Below are positions 27,101 through 38,800 of a stretch of DNA of 64,000 bases, in pieces; position 1 is the stretch's first letter, and every line of letters begins with the position of its first letter. The DNA comes from Bilabrum cf. latius (Eukaryota), in NCBI GenBank assembly GCA_965178125.1, contig OZ237735.1:558001-622000 (forward strand), written 5' to 3'. Both the position numbers and the translations under genes were made by a program. A model generated the notes under the pieces. It saw only the letters and a list, made by a program, of their open reading frames with translations, was not told the origin of the DNA and did no database searches.

Positions 27101-30100
27101 AGTTTGCAGACCAGTAGGACTATCCTGATCTGAGACCTCCGTTCCATTCGAGTCAGCGGCTGAACTAGCCCGTTGTCGGGGCTTCCCGACTTGATACCTC
27201 TTCCGTGTGGCAAGCCGAATGGTGGCTTGTCCCACTGACCCCTTCCTTGTGATAGTGCTCTCGTGCATTTTTGCCAACCTGCCATGCTGTCCGGTCTGCA
27301 GAAGGTCGGTGTCCATCATTGCATCCAGCATGTCCGCATCGTCACGAGCGTTCGTCGAAGCCGTCTGTCTATGGACAGGCTCGAGTCCGGTGCTAACCGT
27401 GGCTGCAGATAGGTCATGATGCTTTTGGTGGACGATCCTGCCCGGCGCAGCAGTGGCATCAGAGATAAATCTGCGCGCCGTGTAGGAGTGGGAATCCTCC
27501 ATGGTGCGCTCTTCATTTGTTGGCGAATGCTGAGTTGCGGAGTAGATGGTTGCTGCCACAGAATCCCTCGGCTCTCCACTGGGCGAGATGTTTGCCTGCG
27601 AGGCATGCCTGCTCATGAGACCAGTGCGCACTCGACCCTACCAAAACTCGTGCTGATCCTTGGACTTGCTTCGTTTGAGATTGCGCAGCTGCTCCTAGGC
27701 ATCCTCTTTGAGCGTGTCATCTGCATCGCGGAGCTTCTGCTGCAATTTGATCAGCATTTTGGTGGAGTGATCGGACGCCTGGGCATTGGGTGAGGCCAAC
27801 CCCAGCAACGAAAACTTCAGACTGTCATCTTTCGGGCGTGCATCCTGCATTGTGTTCAGCCTTGCATGCTCTCGGAGGCGCTCTCGCACAGTGCCTCGCT
27901 TCGTTCGCAGCCGCTATGAAGCGTGTCCTTGTGGCATGATGCTCGTAGGCTTGGCTCTGACCATTGTTCCCTTGGCTTGAGCCCCGCTGCCGGCAGCCTC
28001 CTCCTCCCTGACCGAAGTTTCGCCGACCTGCCCTGTGGCACGAGCTTCGGCAATAGTTGTCTGCAGCTTCCGCAGCAGCTATGCCTCTTCTTCCGTAGCA
28101 GCGTCTTCCGGGTCAAACAAGGCCACTCTCTCGCCGGGGTGGAACCTCAGCCGGCAGAACTGACAGATGCTACCCTGCATGGCACGCTTGCGCACGGACG
28201 CCGACACCTGCCCAGGAGCTCCTGCAGGCGGCTTGAAGTGTGATAAATGCGCGTTGGAGGCGCTCAGATCCAAAGGATCGCCCCCAGCTTGCTGCTGCTT
28301 TGAGCCCATGGTGGCGACATTCCGGGCTGCCATCGTTGCCTAGCAGCTCCTGTAGCTGTCATGTTCGAGCCTAAAGTCTCTTATTCCGACCATCCACCAC
28401 CTACCGTCATCAGCATGCACAAAATCAGCAACGATAGTGTCAAAAGACCACGGCAGACCCATCTTGCTCCCCAGGGTGCGCTCGATGAAGGCAGCGAGGC
28501 GCACCACCTGGGCCACAGGAACGGCGATGGCAGCACCAGTAACTTTGCTTGCATTGTAATCAATATCCGCGAGAGATTCCACTACAGAGCTGGCATTCAT
28601 TCCTTCTTGCTGGTGCGCGGAGGTCTCAGCTGGGTGCTCAAATCGGGCTCTCGTCCGCGGCGCTGCGGAGGCGGGCCTGCTGCTGCTCCCGGTCTTGCTG
28701 AACAATTCGCCAAATCTGCTTTGAGACTGCCTTCCGGTTGGAGATGCCTGAGTGCTTCGCTGTATTGCTAGCTGAGTGGCAAGTTCTGCCGTGTCCACGT
28801 TTATGATGCTGCCTCGACGACCAGACATGGCGCCAATCGCCCGCTGCTTCGTTCGAATCGGACGCAGCCGTGGAGGGCGTCGAGACTTTGTCCCAGGCCC
28901 CCGGCCAGGACTGCCGAGCAAGCCCCGTTTCAACGGAGACGTCGACCTCCCAACTCTGGGAGATTTGATCCTCTTGGCTCCAGCGGCCCCATCTTCCCTC
29001 GGCGTCCTGGGCGACCCAAGCCTGGGCGTGCCTCCTAGCACCTGATCCGCCCCAGGGGGAGTGTCGTCAAGCTCGGATACATCAGACAGAACGCTTGCAC
29101 GACGGCCACCACCATACCCAGTCAGTCCACCACGTGTCCCATGGTCCCAAGAAAGGCTGCCATTGACCTCCTGCCGGCCCCCCGCGATTCGCGCCGATCG
29201 ATCACGTGGTTTGGCTGACTGTGGCCTCACCGCGACCTTAGCCTTCTTGCCGCTAGGAGGCCGTTTATTGCGCGTGGACGAACTCCGTGGCAACGCCGAG
29301 CCAGGGCGCTTGCGACGGCCATTTGTCCCACTCAGGGTCGGCAGGCTCTTCATGCTGGCCAGCCTTTTGAGAGCACTGCCTGGCGTCTCAACGGGCGGGC
29401 CGAACGGGTCGATCGCCCCGAATGAGTTCCGCTCAACTCTCGCAACGCCTGCAGAAGCCGGGCGTGCCTGTCCAGTGCTGTCCTGCTCCGTACTGTTGAC
29501 ACTTGCAGACAGCTATGAATTGCTCTTTGTCGAACCAGCCGCAGGTATCGCTCTTCCAGCCGGTGGGGCAGATGGCGGGCGGCGCCTGCTCGAACTGGTG
29601 GAGGCAGACTTTGGCCTGCTTCGCTTGCCGGGCGCATTCGCCGTAGATGGTCGGCTCCCGCGTGTCATCTGACCGTCGTAAGTACACAAGCCGCGCAATA
29701 CCCAAGCAAATGACGCCCCACCTTTCTTCCACACCACTCTGTACGTCGTTGGGGCGGGGCCCCTCGCCTTGACAAAAGCCTGCACGACGCATTTGGTAGC
29801 CGTTCGCATTTCGTGGGAGCGCGTGAGGAACGTCTCCGCGGACCATACTTGCGGCGTGCAGCGACTAACAGTGGCCTCTGACTACGCCTTCAAGATTGCT
29901 AGGGGCAGCCTCGGCATCTTGATCCCACCCACGGCAAGTTTGAGTGCGCGATGCAGGTTGCGCCTCAGCTGAGATGGCGTGACGTGGACTTCGGCAAAGG
30001 GCCACCCCTTGCTGTTAAGAGTAAGAGAGGAGTGCCCAGGCGCGGCCAAGCTGAGTTCCCTGTGGTTTGAAACCGCCTGGACCACTCCAGGGTTCACGCG

Positions 30101-31451
30101 AACCAGGGCAACGAAGTGTGGTGGCAGCCCGGTACCAGCTGGTCTAGTGCTTTGAATGCCCTGCAGCAGCCCCATCGGTTGCTGACCCCCTCCCTCCCCC
30201 CGTCCTCTTCTTCCCCGTCGCAGCGCTATTGCGCTCTGCGGTCGCTGTTTGGCTGGCGAATCGAACTGGACGTGGTGCACGCCGCTGCCACCGGTAGCAC
30301 CATACCGAGCGGACATGGCCCCTGCACCGCTCGGGACTTGGGTGCGCTGAGTGACGCCGAGTAGCATCGCTTTGGTGATGCCGGAGCCGCGCTGTCGCGT
30401 GGACGGTGGATCTGGGACGCCTACGTTGCGTACTTGAGCCGCAAGCGCCGCTGTACCGCCCCCGGCTCCGGAGCCCACTGGCATGCTGAGTGCCCCAGCC
30501 CCAGTGCCCCCAGTGGCTGCATCGCTGCCACTGGCATCCATGCCCTCACCGCCGCCCGAAGCACTCCCGCCCCTACCAGCGCGCATGGCAGGAAGAAGCA
30601 AAGGAGGCCCCGACGAAAAGCTGTACAATGGAAGCGAATGCCTGAGGAGCCACAGCCGCCAGTCGGAGAGCCAAGGCCGGCGTGCTGACGAATCGCCGTG
30701 TCCGGCCTGTGCGCCAGATAGCTGGCTCGATCGGGTCAAACCTATCAATTGCGGACGATCCACCACGCAAGATGAGCTTGTTGCATACACTGACGAAGAA
30801 CCTGGCAGCTTCACGCCCCTCAAAGAGCTGCCATCGCTGTCATCACTATCGCCGCCGTCTGAGCCTGCAATTGATGCTTGACGGATTCCCCGCGCAGATC
30901 CCGGCCGTTTGATCCGACTGGATTGAATGCTGGTAGTAGATGAACTAGATGCCGATGATCCAGCCTCCATCTGCTCGATTCTCATCAATTCCGTGTCTTT
31001 CGCAGCCAACGAGACCGTCTCTGGCGCATCCAGGGAGTGCTCGTCCGTAGTCATCGCATGGATATCGCCAGCCGAAGACAGGCAGACAGTCGGTGGAAAC
31101 CGCACTCCAGATAGCCCAAATGCTACAGAAGAACCTGACTTAATCTAGCAATTTCGCGCTAGCCAGTGCAACGCATGAACACCAGGTTGGAAAGGCAAGC
31201 CTTCATAGTAGTCGTTCTGCGTCGACAGGAGAAGCAGTATCAATAATATAAGCGTACGATAAGATTTATTTCCGACTCAGTGGTGTAGACTTCGTTGGAC
31301 GCTGTCTCACCCTGTCACTAATCCCACAAGTGCTGGCGTTCCTGATCCGTTGCTGCCTCATCCTCTTGTGGAAGAGTTGCCTAGCCTCATCCTCGATACC
31401 ATGAGATACGTCTTCCAATGAATCAGACTGCTCTGGAGCTCCAGAGGCCAT
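18200..31451 (-). CDS. Giant ~4,385-aa protein; exon 1 31451-31311, exon 2 31216-18200; ATP-grasp-like segments, a C2-like beta region and an EF-hand
   Basis: 17 track ORFs share one frame and all end in TAG. I read the gaps between them and found about 32 TAG and no TAA/TGA until TGA at 18200. EF-hand LRQVFRSVDPDGTGWVDTAELR; CVVQAFVKARG..YRVVW and IVADFVHADDGRWWM segments. Confidence 0.8.
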
Positions 31452-31618
31452 TGCTCTTGGCAAAAATAGCGATGAAAAAGGCCTCACCAACGGACTAGAC
31501 ACCACTTTTAATCTTCATCTTGTGTCGCTGCAGCATATTGGTGGATGGATGGTTGGTGGTCGCAAGGCGCACTAAATCTTCTCGCAGCATGACACGAAGT
31601 ACGAAAGCATCTGGCCTA

Positions 31619-33930
31619 TCACAGTGTGCTATCGCCGATAGGTCGATGCTAGGACCCATCGCTTGCAGCATCACCCGACTCGGTCGGCCTATCAGATGCA
31701 GCAACCAAACGGCTCTTGCCCCGAGGCTGCAGCTCGTCAGCTATTCTAAGTGCACCTGGCGAACCGCTTGCAGCAGACTATGCAGCTGACTATCCAGCAG
31801 CCAGCGGGCTCGCTGGGTGACCAGGGGCCGCTACAAGCCTCCTGTTGTGGGCGGGCGACCGGGGCTCCTAGTGGCGTGCTCGCATGCCTCCCCGAGCACT
31901 TGCTTTGTGCTCGTCCCCGGCCCGACCGGCAGACCCTGGGCCCTTAATCTACGCAGGACTCCGCGAACCCATCGAGCTCGATGTGACGAGTGGCACCGGC
32001 TCGCTAGGCTGTGTCGCGCTTGACACGGCTCCGCCGAGTGCGCTTGCCATCCCGCTCAGCCAGCTCCCTGCCGCTGAAGCCATGCTGGAGCCGACAGTCA
32101 CTGCAGTCGCAAGCGCACTCCCCTGGTCCTCCCCGGCGGGCGCGGGCCTCCTGTGCCCGCTTCTGCCCCTGCCTCGGCCGCTACCTCCACCCCTGCCCCG
32201 GCCCCTGCCTCCGCCAGGAACCCCTGCACCTGAATGCCCTGCACCTGAATGCCCCAGTGGAGACGGCCTTTGTGGCGCCGCTCCGGCTAGCGATCGGGCG
32301 GCGGTCGACTTGCCGCCTTCACCTGCAGCCCCGCCTGCAGCGGGGGCAGCGTGGTGCTTCCCGCTGCCGTATCGCCTTGGACCCGATAGCAGTCCGGGGG
32401 AGGAGGGCTGCGGCACTGCGCCTTCCTCGCTCGCCCGGATCTTCTCCGCGTGGTTGATGACGTCCTCCACGTCACTGGGGGGCTCGTCTTGCAGCATGCG
32501 AAGGCAGCCAGCGAAGTCTTGCTTCGTGAGCTTTCGCCGCTGGGCAAGCAGCATGCCGACTGCGAGGCGGAGGAGGTGCCTGTGCCTGTCGGAGGACGCA
32601 AACAGGTCGTCCCAGAGCCGGAGGGTGTCTGCCATGTGAAACTCTCTCGAGAGCAAAGTCGTGAACCAGCGGATGCCGTAGAAACGGGGGTCGATGCCCA
32701 TCGACTTGAGGTGGGCGTCCAGCCGAGCATCGGTTTCGGATAGCAAGGTCTGAAACTCGCGCAATGTCCCGCCCAATCCCTGCGATATCTTGATGAATTA
32801 CAATCAGCAAGCCGCGAAATGAATGCTGCATTACACACGTGATGTGTCCGAGGCACGCGCAAAAGGCATATCTCAGAAAGTGCAAAGGCCGCGGGCTGTG
32901 TGTGAATGGGGCCACAGTCAATCTGTCGCCACACACAAGGTCACACTGTAGGTATCGCGCAGTAGTGCTCAGTGCTCACCCCTTCCGACTCGTCCAGCGA
33001 TTCCACGAAGCAGTCTCTCAAATCGCCCATCAAAGTTGTGAGCAGGAAGAAGGCCTGCGCCTCCGCCCGCAGGTAGGTGACCCCGTGCTCCGATGCGCAT
33101 GCGAACAGCAGCGGGGCGAGCAGCTCGTTCATTCCTTGCACATAGTGCACCCCGGGGTTGAGCCGGGCGAACAAAAACAGCACGCGGGTCATGCTGCGCT
33201 GCGTGGCCTTGCGCTGGAAAAACGCAAGCTCTGGATTCGTGCGAGCTACATCTTTGAGGATGTCTGACAGTAGCTTGTGCTCCTTGGAGGCAGGCGCCGC
33301 GGCGGCCTTGGCTTTCGGGGCTGCAGCAGCCTGGGGGCCGCTGTCGCTGGGTTTGGGAGGGGCTGGTGCCAACGGGTCCTTGCTAGCCTCCTTTCTGACA
33401 AGAACCTGGGGCTGTGCCGATGAGGTGTCCTATGTGCTATCAGGTTCGGGCTGCTTGTCTTCGGAAGAGCCTGCCGACGAAGGCTCGGCCTGTTTCGCCT
33501 CTGTTTCGGCTCCCGAGGGAGCAGCGCTCGAGGCAGCTGGCGTTGATTCATCGCCTCCGCCCACCGCAGATAATTTTGCAGCTTCTTCTGCCACGGCTGC
33601 TGCGAGTGGCCCTGCCGTGTGCATGCCTGCTGCCCCCGAATCGTCCTAGTTCGCTGCAATTGAACCAAGCCCAGATACCGACCCAACCACTTCTTTCAGT
33701 GGATTACCGAGCTCAAAACCTTCTCCAAAGTCTGTAAGAAACTACAGGTAGTGCTATTCTCTCTCATTATGAGATGCAGCCCATGCGCTTGGATTCACCG
33801 AGTCCACACCCAGTAGGACGCGCCAGGCCTGGCCGTGGTGGGTCGGGTTCAGGCCTGAGGCAGAAACAGCGCGAAGATCTGCCATCCTGACAGTTTTCAC
33901 TTGCAGAACATCTGGCAAATGCTTTGCCAT
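31619..33930 (-). CDS. Rab-GAP TBC-domain protein (TBC1D13-like); exons 33930-32980 and 32779-31619
   Basis: AWRVLLG, ILKDVART (R-finger), YVQGMNELLAPL (Q-finger), EAQAFFL, FYGIRWFTTLLSREF, LRLWDDLF; several in-frame TAG; TGA at 31619. Confidence 0.88.
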
Positions 33931-34328
33931 TGGTCCCGAAACGGTGTGAAGACGCGAAGTCGCTCGCGTATTGGCACGCTACTTTGCACGAACTGCAACT
34001 ACCGTCTTGAATGTCCACATGCTGTACAGAACTCGAGCATGGGCAGCACTTTATTGCAACGGTCAGAATGTTACATGCCGGGACGCGGAGACCTTTCTTT
34101 TAGCGGCAATACGCTTGATTCAAGACGATTTGGCACCGATCACTGACGCAACCTCCGCCCGTGCAGTATAATATGCAGTATTTGCTGAATACTACTGCTT
34201 CTTGCACCTGAAATTTGCTGCACTCTTGATTATGGCCGGGATCCAGCTGATCGGTGGGCCATTCCGAGTCTGGCTCTCTCCGACGAAACAGTCAAACGTG
34301 ACACACCAAAACGATACGACACAAAGGC

Positions 34329-35575
34329 ATGGCAGGTGCCGCGGATGTTAGATTAGTTTGTTTCCAATTGTGCACCCACCCAACCGCCATACCAGTGGCA
34401 AAGCGATGGTTTGTCTACTTGAAGCAACCAAACGGTTGTGCCGACTGGACGTGTACCAGGTCATTTCTGATGTATGGATCCACGGTTCTTCCAAGTATCG
34501 AGTTTCCCCCGATGCTATTTGCGACTCTGTGTCCGGTTAGATCGTCTTCATCTCGCACGTTACCGAACTCGCCAACCGGATCCATGGGTCGATCACTTCC
34601 ACGCAGGCTGAGTACGACTGGGTAGAAGACGTCGCAGAGGTGCTTGAAGATGACAGCCCCGGAAAGATTTGGATCATGGACGAGCTGCCAAATGAAGCCG
34701 TAGAAAAGCTGGCTTCCATGATCGAAGGGGCCCCCGACAAGGTTAAGGGGCTCAACGTATTCGACACGAAGATGTCTGCCGTTGGAACCGCTCGACTGTG
34801 CAAGGCGCTTGAAAAATGCACTGAACTTCGTTCACTTAACATGCAGGGATGCGAAGTGGGCGAGTCCGGAGGCAAGTTGGTCGCAGCTGTGATCGCTGGC
34901 TGTCCGAAGCTCTTCGACCTTGACCTCACGGGCTGCAAGCTCGGGGATGAGGGCGCCAGTGCGATCGCTGAGGCCGCAGCGAAGAGTGAATCCATGGTAT
35001 CTGTAGATTTTTCCAAGAACGGGATCACTGATGAAGGTGTCAAGCATATGGCTGAGTCCCTCAAGTCCACAGCCATGATGGGTTCGATCAAGCTCAGCGG
35101 CAACGCGGCAGTCTCCGCCGGAGGAGCCGCCGCACTCGTCACCATGCTGCAAGGCAACAGCGAGATGGAGCTCGTGGACCTCAGTGGGTGTTCCATTGGC
35201 AACGAGGGCCTGGCGGCCGTGGCAGGAGGCATCATGGCGGGTGTGCCGGCGCACATCGTCCGGATGGACGAGGTGGGGGCAGACGATTTCGGGCCCTTGG
35301 CTGAGGCCTTGCGCGGCAACAAGACCATCGACACGCTGTCTATATCCAAGAATAAGGTTGGGGACGAAGGGGCCAAGGCCCTAGCTGCTGCACTGCAGGA
35401 GGGGACTGCTGTAGAGCGGCTGTCTATGGAGAGGTGCGGCATCGGTGCAGAGGGAGCAGCTGCTCTGCTCGAGGCCGCCAAGGCGGAGGGGAGCAAGCTG
35501 GAGTCGATTCAGCTGGACGGCAACGATGATATTCCGGGCGAAGTCAAGGAGGCGATAGAAGCTGCGTGTGACTGA
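34329..35575 (+). CDS. RNI-type leucine-rich-repeat protein
   Basis: Repeated LxxLxLxxCxLGDEGAxAIAEA units; acceptor at 34606; short first exon from ATG 34329 tentative; TGA stop; no TAG. Confidence 0.8.
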
Positions 35576-35828
35576 TGCTGGGTCGAGCTGTTCGCAACAG
35601 CGGCTCGCAGGCTGTCACACATGGTCGTGCGGGGCCAGCCGTTTCAATTTCTGCTTCCCTCGGGAAGTCTGTCTTTGTCTTTCTTGTTTGCAAGGAAGCA
35701 CTAGAGTTGCCTATTTGCTGCAAGCCGTGTCACCCGCACAAAAGGTCGTTCAGGATGGATTGTTGCGTGCAGGTTTTTCTACATTCTCCTGGTTTCGGCT
35801 GCCACGTTGGCTAAATTCGCGTTCCCGA

Positions 35829-38800
35829 ATGGGGTTGCCTTTGGTGCGTATTGCCGCACTATGGATATGCTCTCTCCTTGCTTGTGTACTCGGCAGGTAA
35901 GCTTTTCATTGTGTCTCGAATTGGCTGCCAACACACGAAGCAGCGGCTATAACAGCACTTGTACATCCGTCCTTACTTTTTGCTTCGCGCAGACGACGCA
36001 GGCGCGCATACGATCGTGATTTTGCAGTTCACAGTGAACCAGTTTCTATCAATGAGCCTATTGACCGCTAGATTTTGCTGGTCTCCTCGGAGGACGCCCG
36101 TATTGCTGCTTTTTCTGTTGAGGACCATGGCTACAAGCACTTATGGACCACTCAAATCGGTGGTGCTCCATTGCACTTCAGTCATAATGAACTTCGCCGG
36201 CGCTAGGCAGCGGCTCGTGCCTCAGCGACGGCGTGCGATATTTCCGGACGTTGCTTTGGACGAGGGCAAGATGTCGAGAACGGCGATTCAACCTCCCGAC
36301 AGAGTACCGTGGTTCCAGGGCTCGGCGGAACTCTATTCGAGCTAGATGAATCCCCGTCGGCAACGCAGGGGCATGACTTGGTGCGAAGCCTCCACCAGCT
36401 TCCTTTTACGTCGAAGGATGTTGTTGCAGCAGCATCCACGCCTACCTTCGACGTGGGAGAAAGGTCTATCTCGCTGGTCCATAGCTAGCAGTAGCAGGTT
36501 TTTGACATTGATTTAGATTCTGGAGACATCGTTCGCTCTCGTGAGGCGGCGGCCCCATCGTGGACACGTGGCGACGAAAACCACCCGGACCTGAATGGCT
36601 CCGCTTCTGCCACCAACCGCAAGCAGGGAGCAAAGCACCGAGATCTGCTTCGCATATCCCGAAAGGACGTGACTATTGCTGCCGATTTTGAGCCGGGAAA
36701 CGCAGGCCGCGGCGATGCGGGCTGGGCCGTCACGACTGGACAGCTAGCCAACCCTGCAGTCTACCTGGCAGGCCGCTGCCCGCATGAAGTGGAAGCCGGC
36801 GGTGATCACAGCGATGGAAACGCGACAGAAGTTCAGCCCCCTGGAAGGACATTTCACGTGCTCACTGATCGCCAGAGGCGAGCCCGAGCAGATGCCTGGG
36901 AGCGGTGCATGGCCGGCTCTGACACCTGGCATACCGAGGGCGAGGGCGAGGGCGGCGAAGATGAAGATGAAGATGAAGATGAAGAACTGCGCGGCAGCGA
37001 TAGCGCATCATCCGACCCAGTCATTGATGACCCGCAGCTGCAGGTGTTCACCACCCTGGACGGGGTCATCAGTATCGTCGACCGAGACAGCAGTGGCCAG
37101 CCGCGCAACAGCCGCACCATCGTGGTGGACGCCCCTGTGGACAAGGTGTTCCTCGTGCAAACTGGGCGCTACGCGGCCCCGCCTCGCGGCTGTGAGGTGG
37201 TATCACTGAACGCCGACTGGCGAAGGATGCTGCCCTCCTCGGATGTGGGGACTCGCAGCAGCAACGGTACCAGCGCGGCAGCCGCCCAGGCGGCGTGCTA
37301 GTCTCGTCCCCTCCATGCCTCCATTCGAGAGATCAAGTACGTCACCATTTTGCCAGACAATGCAATCAGCGAGGCGCTACGAGTTGACAGCAGCGACACG
37401 GCTGCTGCATCGCGCGACGCCGTGGCGTACGTGACCCGTATGCAGCCATGGGACACCAGGCTAGTCATCCCCCAGGACCAGCTCGCCAAGTACCTGCCCT
37501 GGAGGTCTCCCGAGGGCGAGCAGATCCGCCTGTACTGGCCAAAGGCTGATCAATTCCGAAGATCCATGCAGATGATGTTTGGCGGAGAGGGTGTCGGCGG
37601 GTCTGTGGAGTCTGCAGGGGACCCTTTCGATGACGACTCCAGATTCAGCGATGGAAGTAAGCGCATGCTTCCGGGCTCGCCTCTGTCAGGTTTGATCCCG
37701 TACAGGCTAGGTAAGCGGTCGTTTGGCTCTGTGCAGCTCTTGCCGTGCAGCTCTGACGAGGTCGGCTCACGCTGTGGCGAGGCAGGAGATGTTGCATCAC
37801 TTGAGACAGAGACAGCGGCTGGTGCCGTGGTGGTAGATCCGGTGAGCGGCGCAGCGAGCGGTGAGGGGATGTGTGAGTCTGTTTCGGACAGAAGATACGG
37901 CAGCCCACAAGACAGCGAGAGCTGCAAGCGTAGCATGCCTACCTTTAGTCAGGTGCGGCCTGTCCCGTCACTGGACAGCCTACCATCCGTTCCATCCATT
38001 CTGCGAGGCAAGCCGTGCCATGCAGGCACCAGCAGCGACGATTCGGATGGATGCATCGCGGTCGAGGAGGACGATGAAGAAGGCAGCTTTGCCGGAAATC
38101 CGCTGCTAGACGCATGGTCCGCCCCTGACAGCCTGACTGGTGAAGCAGCCTTCGATGCAGGCATCGACTACAGCACCTCCGAGGCCGGGTCAGCTCTTGC
38201 GGTGCAGTCGTTCGTCAACGGCCGCATGGTCCCGGGCGGCGACCACCATCTAGCGAGGCAGTCGCCGCACGGAGGATCATCGCTGATTCTGGTTCCACGC
38301 AGTGGGCTGGACGCAGGGTCGCATGTCGTTGACGAACACTACCTCGCCTTTGTGCTCCACCCCGAGGAAGATGGCAGCCATGGATACGCATTCGATACAG
38401 CGACAGGAACGACCGTACGACTAGATTCGAAGCGTTTGGATGCATTTCACCAGGCTCGATTGCTCACGAGAGATCTTGCTGATGTGCGGATCACGCATGC
38501 CAAACCCACCGGACAGCTTGTCTCGTACTCAACTTCTTTTCTGGGCAGCAACCCTATCAGATTGCTATCAGGTCCAGTGACAGGCGGAGAAACCACCCAG
38601 TGGCTACCTTTGAGGGATATCAATGACGCGGGCACGGGGGGGGGCAACACCTCTCTTAAGCCCCACGAGCCAGTTCAAGAGAATGACGATTGGGCGTCGA
38701 ATTGGCGCGTCACGGCACTCTGGGTACTTTGGGCACTCCTGCTCAGCATTGTAGCTCTGTTTGGTGGGGTGTTGTGGGTAAGAGGTACCGGCGTAGGAGA

